DNA of 64,000 bases from an uncultured Eubacteriales bacterium (GCA_949747515.1 CATKFO010000059.1:17813-81812), one strand, 5' to 3'; counted from the stretch's first letter, positions 34,819-44,934 are shown. Numbers and translations: made by a program. Notes: generated by a model not told the origin, from the letters alone.

Positions 34819-34900
34819 ACTGCCACCGGGTAGGAATGCAATGCATTCGCCGCGCGTCGTTAGGTCACAGAAGACGCGTTAGCGAACGCTTTTTTATTTT
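34819..34900 (+). promoter_or_regulatory. structured 5' leader with terminator/antiterminator-like alternative pairings (candidate riboswitch or attenuator)
   Basis: Hairpin GAATG/CATTC (34834-48). Stem CGCGTC (34853-58) with GACGCG (34873-78). This overlaps the terminator stem GCGTT (34876-80) with AACGC (34885-89), followed by TTTTTTATTTTT. Confidence 0.5.
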
Positions 34901-34911
34901 TAGAGGTTTAT

Positions 34912-35631
34912 ATGAGAAAAAAATTACTGCGGCCGTTTTCATATTTTTCAGCAGGTGAAATTATTCTATGGAGTATCTCAACTCTTTCAATTACTATCTC
35001 ATTTTTCATTTTTGACCGTGAAAATTATCTCATTCTCGCCGCGTCGCTTATAGGAGCGTCATCGCTTATTTTATCCGCCAAAGGAAATCCTGCGGGACAG
35101 GTGTTTATGATATTATTTAGTATTATATACGGCTTTATATCCTTTAAATTTTCATATTATGGAGAGACGATTACTTACGTCGATATGACTATGCCTATGG
35201 CTGTATTGTCGTTAATTTCTTGGCTTAAAAATCCATATGAAGGCTCTCGTTACCAGGTAAAAATAAATAGACTTAAAAGACGAGAAATTCCGCTTATGAT
35301 TTTTATTACAGCCATTGTAACATTTACATTTTATTATATTTTAAAAATATTCCACACTGCAAATTTAATTCCTAGCGCTGCATCTGTTGCGACCAGCTTT
35401 CTCGCGGTATATTTATCGTTTAGAAGAAGTATATTTTTTGCCGCCGCATATGCCGCTAACGATATTATCCTTATTATATTGTGGTCAATCGCGGCAAAAA
35501 CAGAAATTTCTTATTTGTCTGTGGTTATTTGTTTTTTTGCTTTTTTGATAAACGATATATACGGTCTTTTTAATTGGCGGTCTATGAGAATACGACAAGA
35601 GAGACCGCAGGAAAATTTGGAAAATGCTTGA
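34912..35631 (+). CDS. pnuC: PnuC-family (nicotinamide riboside-type) transporter
   Basis: 239 aa, about 7 TM. Resembles the PnuC family (SAKGNPAGQVFMILFSIIYG, WLKNPY). Called on family resemblance only. Confidence 0.7.
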   Translation: MRKKLLRPFSYFSAGEIILWSISTLSITISFFIFDRENYLILAASLIGASSLILSAKGNPAGQVFMILFSIIYGFISFKFSYYGETITYVDMTMPMAVLSLISWLKNPYEGSRYQVKINRLKRREIPLMIFITAIVTFTFYYILKIFHTANLIPSAASVATSFLAVYLSFRRSIFFAAAYAANDIILIILWSIAAKTEISYLSVVICFFAFLINDIYGLFNWRSMRIRQERPQENLENA

Positions 35632-35658
35632 GCTTCATTGCGTAAGCTCAAGCATTTT
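35621..35658. terminator. 15-bp perfect inverted repeat spanning the stop codons of convergent pnuC and spoIVB
   Basis: AAAATGCTTGAGCTT (35621-35635) and AAGCTCAAGCATTTT (35644-35658); 8-nt loop. Confidence 0.7.
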
Positions 35659-36651
35659 ATCTATATAGATACCGTATCCTCTCATAGGATCGCTTACCAT
35701 TACGTGAGTAACGGCGCCTACAAGCGCTCCATCTTGTATAATTGGACTTCCGCTCATTCCTTGAACTATCCCTCCGGTTTTTTCGATAAGAGCATCGTCT
35801 GTAACGGTAATTTCAAAATTTGATGAATTTTTATCGTTACCTAAACCTGTTATTTCAATAGAGAAGGTCTGAGGAGATTTACCATCGATAGTGCATACGA
35901 CGGACGCTTTTCCCGTATGAAGCTGTTCGCGCTTTCCAACCGAAAGCTTTTCTCCTTTATTTGTCGGTATTGAATCAAAGATTCCGTAAACTCCATGTTC
36001 GGTATTTTTCATTATTATTCCTGAATCTTTTTTGCAAAAATACCCTTTGAGTTCTCCTGGAGTTCCAGGCATTCCTTTGGCTACTCCGGAAATTTGAACT
36101 TCGCTTACGATTCCTTTTACAAGAGGCAAAAGTTCTCCGCTTTTTCCATCGCATATGCCGTGTCCGAGGCCGCAGAATTCGCCTGTTTCCGGGACAATAA
36201 ACGTAACTGTTCCAATTCCCGCCGTGCTGTCTCTCAGCCACATTCCCGTTCTATATTTTCCATCTTCAGAGGATAGGGCCGGCGTTATTATAATTACTTT
36301 CGTTTCTCCGTTTCTCTCAATCAGTAATTTTACAGGTTCGGAGCTATTTTCAACCGCTCCGGTAAATTCTTCGGAGGAATTTATTTTTCGCCCGTTTATT
36401 TCTTTTATTATATCTCCAGGCAATATACCGGCTTCTTCAGCGGGAGACGATGATCCGGATCTTGTATTGACGGCGGATAACTCGACGACGACGAGTCCTT
36501 CCGTGTATATTCTTATGCCGAATGGGAAGCCTCCTACATATAAATCGCTATTGCAATCAGCCGCCGCTACCTTGCAGGATAAGGAGAGCGCCGTAATACA
36601 CACTGTCAAAGCGATAGTCATGACCGTTAATTTTTTTATTAAATTTTTCAT
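35635..36651 (-). CDS. spoIVB: SpoIVB peptidase (S55) with PDZ domain
   Basis: Signal anchor, PDZ segment GILPGDIIKEINGRKI, and the serine protease motif GIVQGMSGSPII. Confidence 0.88.
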   Translation of the reverse strand: MKNLIKKLTVMTIALTVCITALSLSCKVAAADCNSDLYVGGFPFGIRIYTEGLVVVELSAVNTRSGSSSPAEEAGILPGDIIKEINGRKINSSEEFTGAVENSSEPVKLLIERNGETKVIIITPALSSEDGKYRTGMWLRDSTAGIGTVTFIVPETGEFCGLGHGICDGKSGELLPLVKGIVSEVQISGVAKGMPGTPGELKGYFCKKDSGIIMKNTEHGVYGIFDSIPTNKGEKLSVGKREQLHTGKASVVCTIDGKSPQTFSIEITGLGNDKNSSNFEITVTDDALIEKTGGIVQGMSGSPIIQDGALVGAVTHVMVSDPMRGYGIYIDKMLELTQ

Positions 36652-36837
36652 TATACACCGTCCTGTCAGCTTTGTTTTTATGAGTTTTATTTTTCTTTAC
36701 TAATTTGCTCAGAGCAAGCGATATTATGTCCCCCAAAATTTTTGTTATTTGGAATTTGACAAGCTAAGAAATTGACGTTCTAAAAACAAAAAATATATTA
36801 TATAATTCATATTTAGTATTTAAATATCGTATATCTA

Positions 36838-36866
36838 TTGACATTTTTTTTGATTTGATGTATCAT
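36838..36866 (+). promoter_or_regulatory. candidate promoter of the SLH gene (long leader)
   Basis: TTGACA (36838-36843), a 17-nt spacer, then TATCAT (36861-36866), about 190 nt upstream of the ATG. Confidence 0.45.
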
Positions 36867-37055
36867 ATTTTCGAAGATATTTCTTGTTGCGATAAACAAA
36901 TATCAGTAAACTATGCCAAAAGAATGACTATATTCCATAGTTGTCATGCATATGAAATTTTTAAATATACCTGTATGATCTTATCGCAAAAAATAATAGA
37001 AATATTTACGCTAACATTTACTTAAAACCCTTCTATAGGGTGAAAGGAGACGAAA

Positions 37056-39896
37056 ATGAAAAAGTTTTTGAGCGTCGTTATGGCGGCCGCCACATTGCTG
37101 TCTATAATGATACTTCCTGCTTATCCTGCTGATGAAAAGCTTCCATTTGAAGACGTTACGGATGAAAAATGGTACTATGAATGCGTAGATACAATGTATA
37201 GAAATGAAATAAATGGAGTTAAGCTTATGCAGGGAATAACTCCGACCATATTTGCTCCCGAATCTTCTATGACCAGGGCTGAGCTTGTTACTCTTCTTTC
37301 ACGCATCGCCGGGGCGGACGTTACCGGCATGGAAAGCAAGGCTTCGGAATTGATCGACATAGAGCGGAACAGCTGGTATGCGGATTACGTTGGTTGGGCT
37401 GTTGACTGCGGAGTTGTCAAGGGGTACGACGATAAAACGTTTAGGCCGAATAATCCTATATCGCGGCAGGAAATCGCCGTTTTGACCGTTCGTTTCTTAA
37501 AAATGATAGATTTGGATATATTGGCGGAAAATCCCATCGATAAGTTTAAAGATCAGGAAGACGTCGCCGAATGGGCTGCAGGCGATGTTGAAGTTTTGAG
37601 AACTACCGGACTTATAGAGGGTGATGACAACGGGTATTTCAATCCTGTAAAGACGGCTACAAGGGCGGAGATATCGATGATTATGTCGAGACTTCTCGTA
37701 CATCTTTACCGTAAAGATATTAAAGCCGACGGGACTGAATTTACTTATGAGTTTAAAGAATTTACCGCAAGTGAAAAGGAATTTACAGAGTGGATTTCTT
37801 CGCTTGCAGACGCAAACGACGCGTTTGCGGAATGTTCTGTTACTAATTTTGCAGATGTTTCTGCATTTGCAGGCCAAGTAATTGCCGGCGACAGCGGCAA
37901 GCATGGCATAGAGATTAGCTTTAATAATTTTGGCGTTAAAACAACCGCAAAATACGTCGTAAATTTTGTAAGAGAGAGCGATTTATCGCACCTTGTAAAA
38001 CCAGCTAATACGGAGTTATTATTTGACTATTCAATTTCAGTATCTGATGAAAATGGATTTAATTTATGGATAAAAGAACTTACAGATCCTGATAACGCTA
38101 TGGATTCCGCATCGGTGGACTTTTCGGCGGTGAGAATGTTTCTTAAAGACGTTGCTCCCGGAAGCGCCTCAGAATCCAATATAAAGGTAAGGTTCAAAAA
38201 AGATGCGGGATCATTTACCGTCGAATATGTTTTAAAGGCGTCTAAGCCCAAAGTTTTTGATTCGAACGCCCCAACTTCTGAAAATATAGGCGTTCAGTAT
38301 TCACAGGAAAACGGCGCGACAATTTCTAATACGGTTATCCTTAACGATGGTGAAAGAAATATTACTGCAAACGGAACTGGAACTCACGGCGGTCATGAAT
38401 CTAAGGTTTTAAGAACAGATTTTGGAACATATTCTACTTATGTAACCGGCTCGTACGTTGAGTACGGATATACTTATAGCGGTACGCTCAGCGAGCCCGA
38501 TATTTCTCAGATGATCGCCGGAAAAAGAGGAGCTACTTCCGCTAAAATAAACGATTATGGCAAAGTGGCCGACGCAGACTCCGCGTTGTCTAATGGAAAC
38601 GACGTCGTTATAAAAGTTAACATAACATTTACCTCCGGCGGCAGTACGTTCGTTGAAAATTGCAGCATACATCTTTTCAAAGGTTCAAGCTTCCCGGCAT
38701 ATAGCATGGATATGGATCAGTTTAAGATTATGAAAATCATTCCTGAAGGAGTTGAAGTTCTTGGATCATATGAATATCCCCATTCTAACGGCAGCTGTGT
38801 TCCTAACATATTTGCAGGCGAGTACGGTACGATTTATGTTTCGGTTATTTCCGTAGATAATCCGAAGTATTATGAGCATAATCATACTCAGGGCGCGTAT
38901 CTCCAGATATATGAAATAGACGAGGCAAAAAAAACAATCGACGTATATAACGGAAGACCTGACTTTAAGATTTGGCGTTCCGGCAACTATGGATATTCTC
39001 AGCCTATTCCCGATATTAAAAATGGGAAAATATACGCGCTTTATACAGGAGAAGGAATTCCAGGCTGTCTTGCATGGTTTGTCTACGATATAAAGAATCA
39101 TTCGTGGGACAATACTTGTCATGCTGTTGAAACGGATTACAGACTTGCATATTTTAATGCGTATGCCGATGGTAAAGGTGGATTTTACTTCCTTGGACAG
39201 CGCGACGTTCTCGTAAAGGATCTTATTGCAAAACTAGATCTTGAGGGAATTCTTCGCAGCACAACCGGATACGCATGGGACGCGCTTTATATATACAGTA
39301 TTCCCGACGTTAACAAAGATGAATTTAAGATTAGCAGTACTGTTTACGAGCCAGACTATAGAGCGATATGGGAGAGCAAGAACAAGCCTAAAAACGGTAC
39401 TTCCGCCGTTGGCGCAACGCATTATGGTTGCGGATGCACATATCTTGACTCGAAAGGCCGGCTTCATATCATTTGGCTAAAAGGCGAGACCAAAAAGATG
39501 ATGTATACGGTATACGATACATCAGGTTGGCAAAAAACATATGAATCCGACTTCTCGCTGACTAACGCTTCCGATTATAGCTTTGCTATGTCGGAGGGAA
39601 AAGACGGAGAGTTATATATTATAGGTTACTGGTGCAAGAGTACTATACGTTCAGCTAATCTGGAGATTTGGAAGATTGAAGACGATTTCTCAATTACAAA
39701 GTCTGTTGACACAGTGAAGCTGACCACCGCTTCCGGAGACGAAATAAACAATACGTCAAGCTCCGTATCTACAAAACTAATTATGACAAGTCCAAGGAAC
39801 GGTTCTCTAAAAGACGGTACAGTCGGTATTATATACTACACTAGCGTACGGGATGGAACGTCCAATTACAATTACGTGTCGGTTGAATTGCCGTAA
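37056..39896 (+). CDS. S-layer homology (SLH) domain cell-wall protein with a large uncharacterised C-terminal region
   Basis: Signal peptide, then three SLH repeats (FEDVTDEKWY.., ..SWYADYVGWAV.., FKDQEDVAEWAAGDV..). AAAGGAGA RBS. Confidence 0.85.
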   Translation: MKKFLSVVMAAATLLSIMILPAYPADEKLPFEDVTDEKWYYECVDTMYRNEINGVKLMQGITPTIFAPESSMTRAELVTLLSRIAGADVTGMESKASELIDIERNSWYADYVGWAVDCGVVKGYDDKTFRPNNPISRQEIAVLTVRFLKMIDLDILAENPIDKFKDQEDVAEWAAGDVEVLRTTGLIEGDDNGYFNPVKTATRAEISMIMSRLLVHLYRKDIKADGTEFTYEFKEFTASEKEFTEWISSLADANDAFAECSVTNFADVSAFAGQVIAGDSGKHGIEISFNNFGVKTTAKYVVNFVRESDLSHLVKPANTELLFDYSISVSDENGFNLWIKELTDPDNAMDSASVDFSAVRMFLKDVAPGSASESNIKVRFKKDAGSFTVEYVLKASKPKVFDSNAPTSENIGVQYSQENGATISNTVILNDGERNITANGTGTHGGHESKVLRTDFGTYSTYVTGSYVEYGYTYSGTLSEPDISQMIAGKRGATSAKINDYGKVADADSALSNGNDVVIKVNITFTSGGSTFVENCSIHLFKGSSFPAYSMDMDQFKIMKIIPEGVEVLGSYEYPHSNGSCVPNIFAGEYGTIYVSVISVDNPKYYEHNHTQGAYLQIYEIDEAKKTIDVYNGRPDFKIWRSGNYGYSQPIPDIKNGKIYALYTGEGIPGCLAWFVYDIKNHSWDNTCHAVETDYRLAYFNAYADGKGGFYFLGQRDVLVKDLIAKLDLEGILRSTTGYAWDALYIYSIPDVNKDEFKISSTVYEPDYRAIWESKNKPKNGTSAVGATHYGCGCTYLDSKGRLHIIWLKGETKKMMYTVYDTSGWQKTYESDFSLTNASDYSFAMSEGKDGELYIIGYWCKSTIRSANLEIWKIEDDFSITKSVDTVKLTTASGDEINNTSSSVSTKLIMTSPRNGSLKDGTVGIIYYTSVRDGTSNYNYVSVELP

Positions 39897-39938
39897 CTTT
39901 AAAACCACTGTATAGTTTCCATATAATTGAAAAAGAAT

Positions 39939-39979
39939 GGGACTGCAAAGCTTCAAAGGTTCTTGCGGTCTCATTTTTA
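39939..39979 (+). terminator. rho-independent terminator after the SLH gene
   Basis: 10-bp stem (39939-39948 with 39963-39972, including two G-T pairs), followed by ATTTTTAT. Confidence 0.55.
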
Positions 39980-40135
39980 TATTAATATCATATCTGAATT
40001 TTTAAATATTATAAAGCATATAGGATGATAATTGATTAGTAATGTAAAATATGAAAATAGTTGCAAATATGAAGTAAATGTGGTAATATATACTTGCGCG
40101 CCAGATAAATATTTAAAATGGAAACGGAGGATAGC

Positions 40136-40756
40136 ATGAAGATAATCGGTCTTTGCGGACGCAGCGGATCAGGAAAAAGCGTAATATCTTCCGTTTTTTC
40201 AGAGTTTGGAATTCCTTCTATTGATACTGACGCTGTTTATAGGGAAATCACCTCAGGATATATTGACGGAGAGTTATCAGATTGTATGAAAGCCCTTGCT
40301 TTAGAATTTGGGTCGGATATAATTATGAAAGACGGAAGCCTAAATAGGAGACGTCTTGCAACCTTGGTATTTACCGACAGAAACAAGCTTGACGCTCTTA
40401 ATCATATAAGTCATACTTTTATTTTGTCGGAAACCGATAAATTAATTAAAAATCTATCACTTTTAGGATATAAAGCCGTAATTGTCGACGCGCCGCTTCT
40501 TTTTGAGAGCGGATACTATAAAAAATGCGATTATATTATAATGGCCGACGCTCCTGAAGAAACGCTTGTTAGTCGTATAGTGGCTCGCGATGGAATAAGC
40601 GAAAAAGACGCTGTTATGAGATTGAAGTCTCAAATAAACTCCGACGATTTACGTAAAAAAGTTAATTATGTAATATATACTGACACCGACGTAAAAAACA
40701 TAAAAGAAAGAGCAAGGAATATATTGAAAAACATTATAGAAGACGGGACATATTAG
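40136..40756 (+). CDS. coaE: dephospho-CoA kinase
   Basis: MKIIGLCGRSGSGKS P-loop N-terminus; GGAGG RBS before the ATG at 40136. Confidence 0.88.
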   Translation: MKIIGLCGRSGSGKSVISSVFSEFGIPSIDTDAVYREITSGYIDGELSDCMKALALEFGSDIIMKDGSLNRRRLATLVFTDRNKLDALNHISHTFILSETDKLIKNLSLLGYKAVIVDAPLLFESGYYKKCDYIIMADAPEETLVSRIVARDGISEKDAVMRLKSQINSDDLRKKVNYVIYTDTDVKNIKERARNILKNIIEDGTY

Positions 40757-40760
40757 TAAA

Positions 40761-41339
40761 ATGAAAATTAAAAACCAAGCTATATATAGAAGCGTCGTTA
40801 TAATTGTAATTCTTATTTTATCCGTTATTTGCGGTATCATATATCAAGTACTTCATAATAAAATGGATTTAAGAAAATACCCTACGGATTATTCTGAATT
40901 TGTTGTAAAATATGCGGAAGAATTCAGCGTTCCCGAATATTTGATATATGGAGTAATAAAATATGAAAGCTCGTTTGCGTCTAATAATCTAAAAGAGAAT
41001 GGAGCCGTTGGACTTATGGGAATAAGTTCTCAGGAATTTGATTCTGTGCTTAAAATAACAAGGGAGTCTATTACAAACGATACCTTGTACGGTCCTGAAA
41101 CAAATATAAAATACGGTTCGCATTGGTTGGCTTATGAATATTCCAGATACGATAATTGGGACGACGTGCTTTTAGCCAAGGTTGCAGGAGAAGCCGCCGT
41201 AGACGAATGGCTTTCAAACGATTCAATCATTGACAAAAACGGTCGTATAAAAGCTATTCCCGACGCTGGCGTGGCTTCAGAATTTAAGGATTTGAAGGAT
41301 ATATGTAAAAAATATCACGATCTGTATTATAGTAATTAA
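40761..41339 (+). CDS. lytic transglycosylase (SLT) domain protein
   Basis: N-terminal TM, then YESSF and GAVGLMGI motifs of the SLT domain. Confidence 0.8.
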   Translation: MKIKNQAIYRSVVIIVILILSVICGIIYQVLHNKMDLRKYPTDYSEFVVKYAEEFSVPEYLIYGVIKYESSFASNNLKENGAVGLMGISSQEFDSVLKITRESITNDTLYGPETNIKYGSHWLAYEYSRYDNWDDVLLAKVAGEAAVDEWLSNDSIIDKNGRIKAIPDAGVASEFKDLKDICKKYHDLYYSN

Positions 41340-41383
41340 ATTATATAATAATAAACATTATGCTGTATGGAGGAATTTTTATT

Positions 41384-42790
41384 ATGAGTACTGAATCAAA
41401 AAACGATCGCCTTTCAGAAAAGCTGCTATACAAAAAAAAGAGCGTGTTTGAAACAAAGAGCCGCGACGAACTTGATAAAATGAAGAGATTTGCCGAGGGA
41501 TATAAAGATTGGCTAAACGACGCAAAGACGGAAAGAGAAGCTACCGCTTCCATGCTTAGCGTTCTTAAAGCTGAAGGATTTCGTGAATATTCGTTCGGAG
41601 ACGCCGTAAAGAGTGGAGATAAGCTATACTTTAATAATCGCGGAAAAAATATTTTCGCTATAATAATAGGAGAGGAATCTATTGATAATGGAGTGCGTAT
41701 ATGCGCGTCTCATATTGATTCTCCTAGATTGGATTTAAAACCCTGTCCAATTTTCGAATCAGAAGGAATAGGGTATTTTAAAACGCACTATTACGGAGGA
41801 ATCAAAAAATACCAGTGGACGACTATACCGCTCGCTCTTCACGGCGTAATTACTCGCGTAGACGGAAGTTCTGTAGATGTGAATATTGGAGAGGATGAGG
41901 GCGATCCAGTATTCTGCATTTCTGATTTGCTTCCTCACCTTGCTAAAGATCAGGTGCAGAAGAAATTAGGCGAAGCGTTCAGCGGAGAAGGACTTAATAT
42001 AATGATCTGTTCTTCTCCATATATGGAAGATAACGTTCCGGTAAAGGACGAAGGCGTACGTCTTAATATAATGAGCATACTAAACGACAAATATGGAATT
42101 ATAGAAAGCGATTTTCTAAGCGCCGAGTTAACGGCTGTGCCGGCTGGAAAAAGCGTAGACGTCGGTTTGGACCGATGGCTTATAGGAGGATACGGCCACG
42201 ACGATCGCTGCTGCGCGTATACGTCGTTTAGAGCTTTGCTTGACTGTTCTTCGCCAAAGCACACGCTCATTTTTACCTTTGCGGATAAAGAAGAAGTTGG
42301 AAGCGAAGGCGTTACCGGTATGAAGTGTTATGCGCTCCTTGATATAATTGAAAATCTTGCGGCGTCGTTAGGGTCAAATCCTGCCGTCGTAAGAAACAAT
42401 TCCATGTGTCTTTCCGCAGACGTTTCAGCTGCTCACGATCCTAATTATCCCGAGGTAACGGAAAAGAATAATTCCGCAATTCTTCACTGTGGGGTCGCCG
42501 TTGCAAAATATACGGGATCACGCGGAAAAAGCGGTACGAACGAAACGACGTCAGAGTTTGCCTCATATATTAGAAACACGTTTGATAGAGAGGGCGTCGT
42601 ATGGCAGATGGCCGAGCTTGGTAAGGTAGATCAGGGCGGCGGCGGAACAGTAGCTATGTATATATCGGAAAAAAATATCGACACTATAGATATCGGAGTA
42701 CCCGTAATATCTATGCACGCTCCCTTTGAAATAATTTCAAAGGCCGACTTGTATGAGGCTTATCTTGCTTTTTCAGCCTTTTGCAAATGA
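41384..42790 (+). CDS. M18-family aminopeptidase
   Basis: ASHIDSPRLDLKP motif and a GGYGHDDRCC metal-ligand region; GGAGG RBS before the ATG at 41384. Confidence 0.85.
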   Translation: MSTESKNDRLSEKLLYKKKSVFETKSRDELDKMKRFAEGYKDWLNDAKTEREATASMLSVLKAEGFREYSFGDAVKSGDKLYFNNRGKNIFAIIIGEESIDNGVRICASHIDSPRLDLKPCPIFESEGIGYFKTHYYGGIKKYQWTTIPLALHGVITRVDGSSVDVNIGEDEGDPVFCISDLLPHLAKDQVQKKLGEAFSGEGLNIMICSSPYMEDNVPVKDEGVRLNIMSILNDKYGIIESDFLSAELTAVPAGKSVDVGLDRWLIGGYGHDDRCCAYTSFRALLDCSSPKHTLIFTFADKEEVGSEGVTGMKCYALLDIIENLAASLGSNPAVVRNNSMCLSADVSAAHDPNYPEVTEKNNSAILHCGVAVAKYTGSRGKSGTNETTSEFASYIRNTFDREGVVWQMAELGKVDQGGGGTVAMYISEKNIDTIDIGVPVISMHAPFEIISKADLYEAYLAFSAFCK

Positions 42791-42816
42791 TTTGATAAAA
42801 AGAGAACGGAACTATA

Positions 42817-43890
42817 ATGATTGAAAGACTTAAAGACGCCGAGCTGCGATTTGAAGCTATAGAGAAGCAGCTCGGCGACGTAAGCGTAATTGCAGACATC
42901 GAAAAATATACTGAACTTTTAAAGGAATACAAAACTCTTGAACCTACAATTTTAAAATATAGGGAATATTTAAAAATAAACTCCGACATTGAGGAAGCTA
43001 AAGATCTCGTCGAATCAAGCGGCGATCAGGAACTTCGCGAGCTGGCGTCGGAGGAATTAAAAGAGCTTAAACTACGTTTGTCAAAGACTGAGGAGGAATT
43101 AAAACTACTTTTGATTCCTCGCGATCCCTTGGATGATAAAAACGTGGTCGTTGAAATACGCGCCGGAGCAGGAGGGGAAGAGGCGGCTCTGTTCGCCGGA
43201 GTTCTTTTTCGTATGTATACTATGTACGCCGACTCCAAAAAATATAAAACTGAAGTCGTAAGCATGAATGAAACAGGTCTTGGCGGATACAAAGAAATAA
43301 CTTTTATTGTGTCAGGAAACGGAGCATATTCGCGTTTTAAGTATGAGATGGGGGTTCACAGAGTTCAGCGAGTACCTGAAACTGAAACTTCGGGTCGTAT
43401 TCATACGTCTACGGCTACCGTTGCAGTATTACCTGAGGCTGAAAGCGTAGAGATAGAGATCAACCCGTCTGATCTTCAGATAGAAACTATAAAATCCAGC
43501 GGCGCCGGAGGACAGCACGTCAACAAAACTGAATCTGCTATAAGGATGATACACAAGCCAACCGGAATCGTGGTCGAATGTCAGGACGAACGCAGCCAGT
43601 TCAAAAATCGGGATAAGGCGATGAAGATTCTGCGAGCTAAGCTTTTTGATATGAAGCAGACGGAGCAGAATAATAAAATCGCTTCCGAAAGAAAATCTCA
43701 GGTTGGAACAGGAGATAGGAGCGAGCGCATACGTACGTATAATTTTCCGCAGGGAAGGGTAACCGACCATCGTATAGGACTTACGCTTCATTCTATAGAT
43801 TCGTTTATTAACGGAGACATCGATCAAATGATCGACGCTATAGCGACGGAAGACGCGGCCGCTAAACTCAAAGGAGAAACTGGAAAGTAA
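42817..43890 (+). CDS. prfA: peptide chain release factor 1
   Basis: PET tripeptide (RVQRVPETE) and GGQ motif (SGAGGQHVNKTESA). Confidence 0.95.
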   Translation: MIERLKDAELRFEAIEKQLGDVSVIADIEKYTELLKEYKTLEPTILKYREYLKINSDIEEAKDLVESSGDQELRELASEELKELKLRLSKTEEELKLLLIPRDPLDDKNVVVEIRAGAGGEEAALFAGVLFRMYTMYADSKKYKTEVVSMNETGLGGYKEITFIVSGNGAYSRFKYEMGVHRVQRVPETETSGRIHTSTATVAVLPEAESVEIEINPSDLQIETIKSSGAGGQHVNKTESAIRMIHKPTGIVVECQDERSQFKNRDKAMKILRAKLFDMKQTEQNNKIASERKSQVGTGDRSERIRTYNFPQGRVTDHRIGLTLHSIDSFINGDIDQMIDAIATEDAAAKLKGETGK

Positions 43891-43905
43891 TTTTCCCATA
43901 TAATT

Positions 43906-44934
43906 TTGAAAACTGAAATATATAAAATCACTGGGACGCCTGAAGACGAATTTGCAATAAATCTCGCCGGCGAAATTATCAGAAACGGCGGACTTGTCGG
44001 AATACCGACGGAAACCGTATACGGACTTGGAGCGTCGGCTTTATCTCAAGAAGCTTCAAAAAAAATATACGCCGCTAAAGGCCGACCTTCCGACAACCCG
44101 CTCATCGTACATATATGGAGACCAGAAGAAGCCGATAAATACGCGGTTACGAGCGAGTTGTACTATCGTATCGCGGACAGATTCATGCCGGGACCTATTA
44201 CAGTCATTATGCCTAAGCGCGAATGTATTCCTTATAATGTAACAGGCGGCCTTGATACCGTCGCTATTCGTTGTCCGGAGAATACGATAGCGCGAAAAAT
44301 TATATATGCGGCGGGAGAGCCTATAGCGGCTCCTTCGGCAAACCGCTCCGGAAGTCCTTCGCCTACTTCAGCAAAGCATGTAATATTCGATATGGATGGA
44401 AGAATTGAAATGATCGTCGACGGAGGACAATGTAAAATCGGCGTTGAGTCAACGGTCGTTTCTATAAATAATAACGCTTGCCGTATACTTCGTCCAGGCG
44501 CGGTTACCGCTGAAATGCTGCGAGAGGTATGCGATAAAGTAGAAATAGACGACGCCGTAGTCGATCCTTCATGCGCCGGAGAGCATCCGTCTTCTCCCGG
44601 TATGAAATATAAGCATTATTCTCCAAAGGCAGAAGTTCTTTTAGTAGATGGAGATAGAGACCGGTTTTATAAATATATAGAAACAAACGCTTCTTCTGAA
44701 GACGGAGTGTTTGTTACCGACGACGATAAGTATGTCGGACGCGCTGTTCCTCTGGTAGCCGGTAAACATGGAGCGGCAGACGAACTTAACCGTTCATTGT
44801 TTTCATTATTTCGATTGGCAGACGAACTTTCGCTTCGTCGAATATTTGTTCAGGTTCCTCCAAAGACTGACGAATATTTAGCTTTATATAACAGACTGAT
44901 TCGAGCTGCGGCCGGAAAAGTAATAAAAATATAG
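43906..44934 (+). CDS. tsaC: L-threonylcarbamoyladenylate synthase (Sua5/YwlC type)
   Basis: YrdC-like domain (GIPTETVYGLGA, KGRPSDNPLIVH) plus a Sua5 C-terminal domain. Apparent TTG start. Confidence 0.85.
   Translation: MKTEIYKITGTPEDEFAINLAGEIIRNGGLVGIPTETVYGLGASALSQEASKKIYAAKGRPSDNPLIVHIWRPEEADKYAVTSELYYRIADRFMPGPITVIMPKRECIPYNVTGGLDTVAIRCPENTIARKIIYAAGEPIAAPSANRSGSPSPTSAKHVIFDMDGRIEMIVDGGQCKIGVESTVVSINNNACRILRPGAVTAEMLREVCDKVEIDDAVVDPSCAGEHPSSPGMKYKHYSPKAEVLLVDGDRDRFYKYIETNASSEDGVFVTDDDKYVGRAVPLVAGKHGAADELNRSLFSLFRLADELSLRRIFVQVPPKTDEYLALYNRLIRAAAGKVIKI

Noticed and set aside
36155-36703. 182-aa plus-strand ORF
   Set aside because: It is antisense to spoIVB and is a shadow ORF. The same reasoning applies to 52208-52840 (antisense to the heavy-metal ATPase), 43429-43899 (antisense to prfA) and 48393-48959 (a shifted-frame overlap of the MFS gene 3' end).
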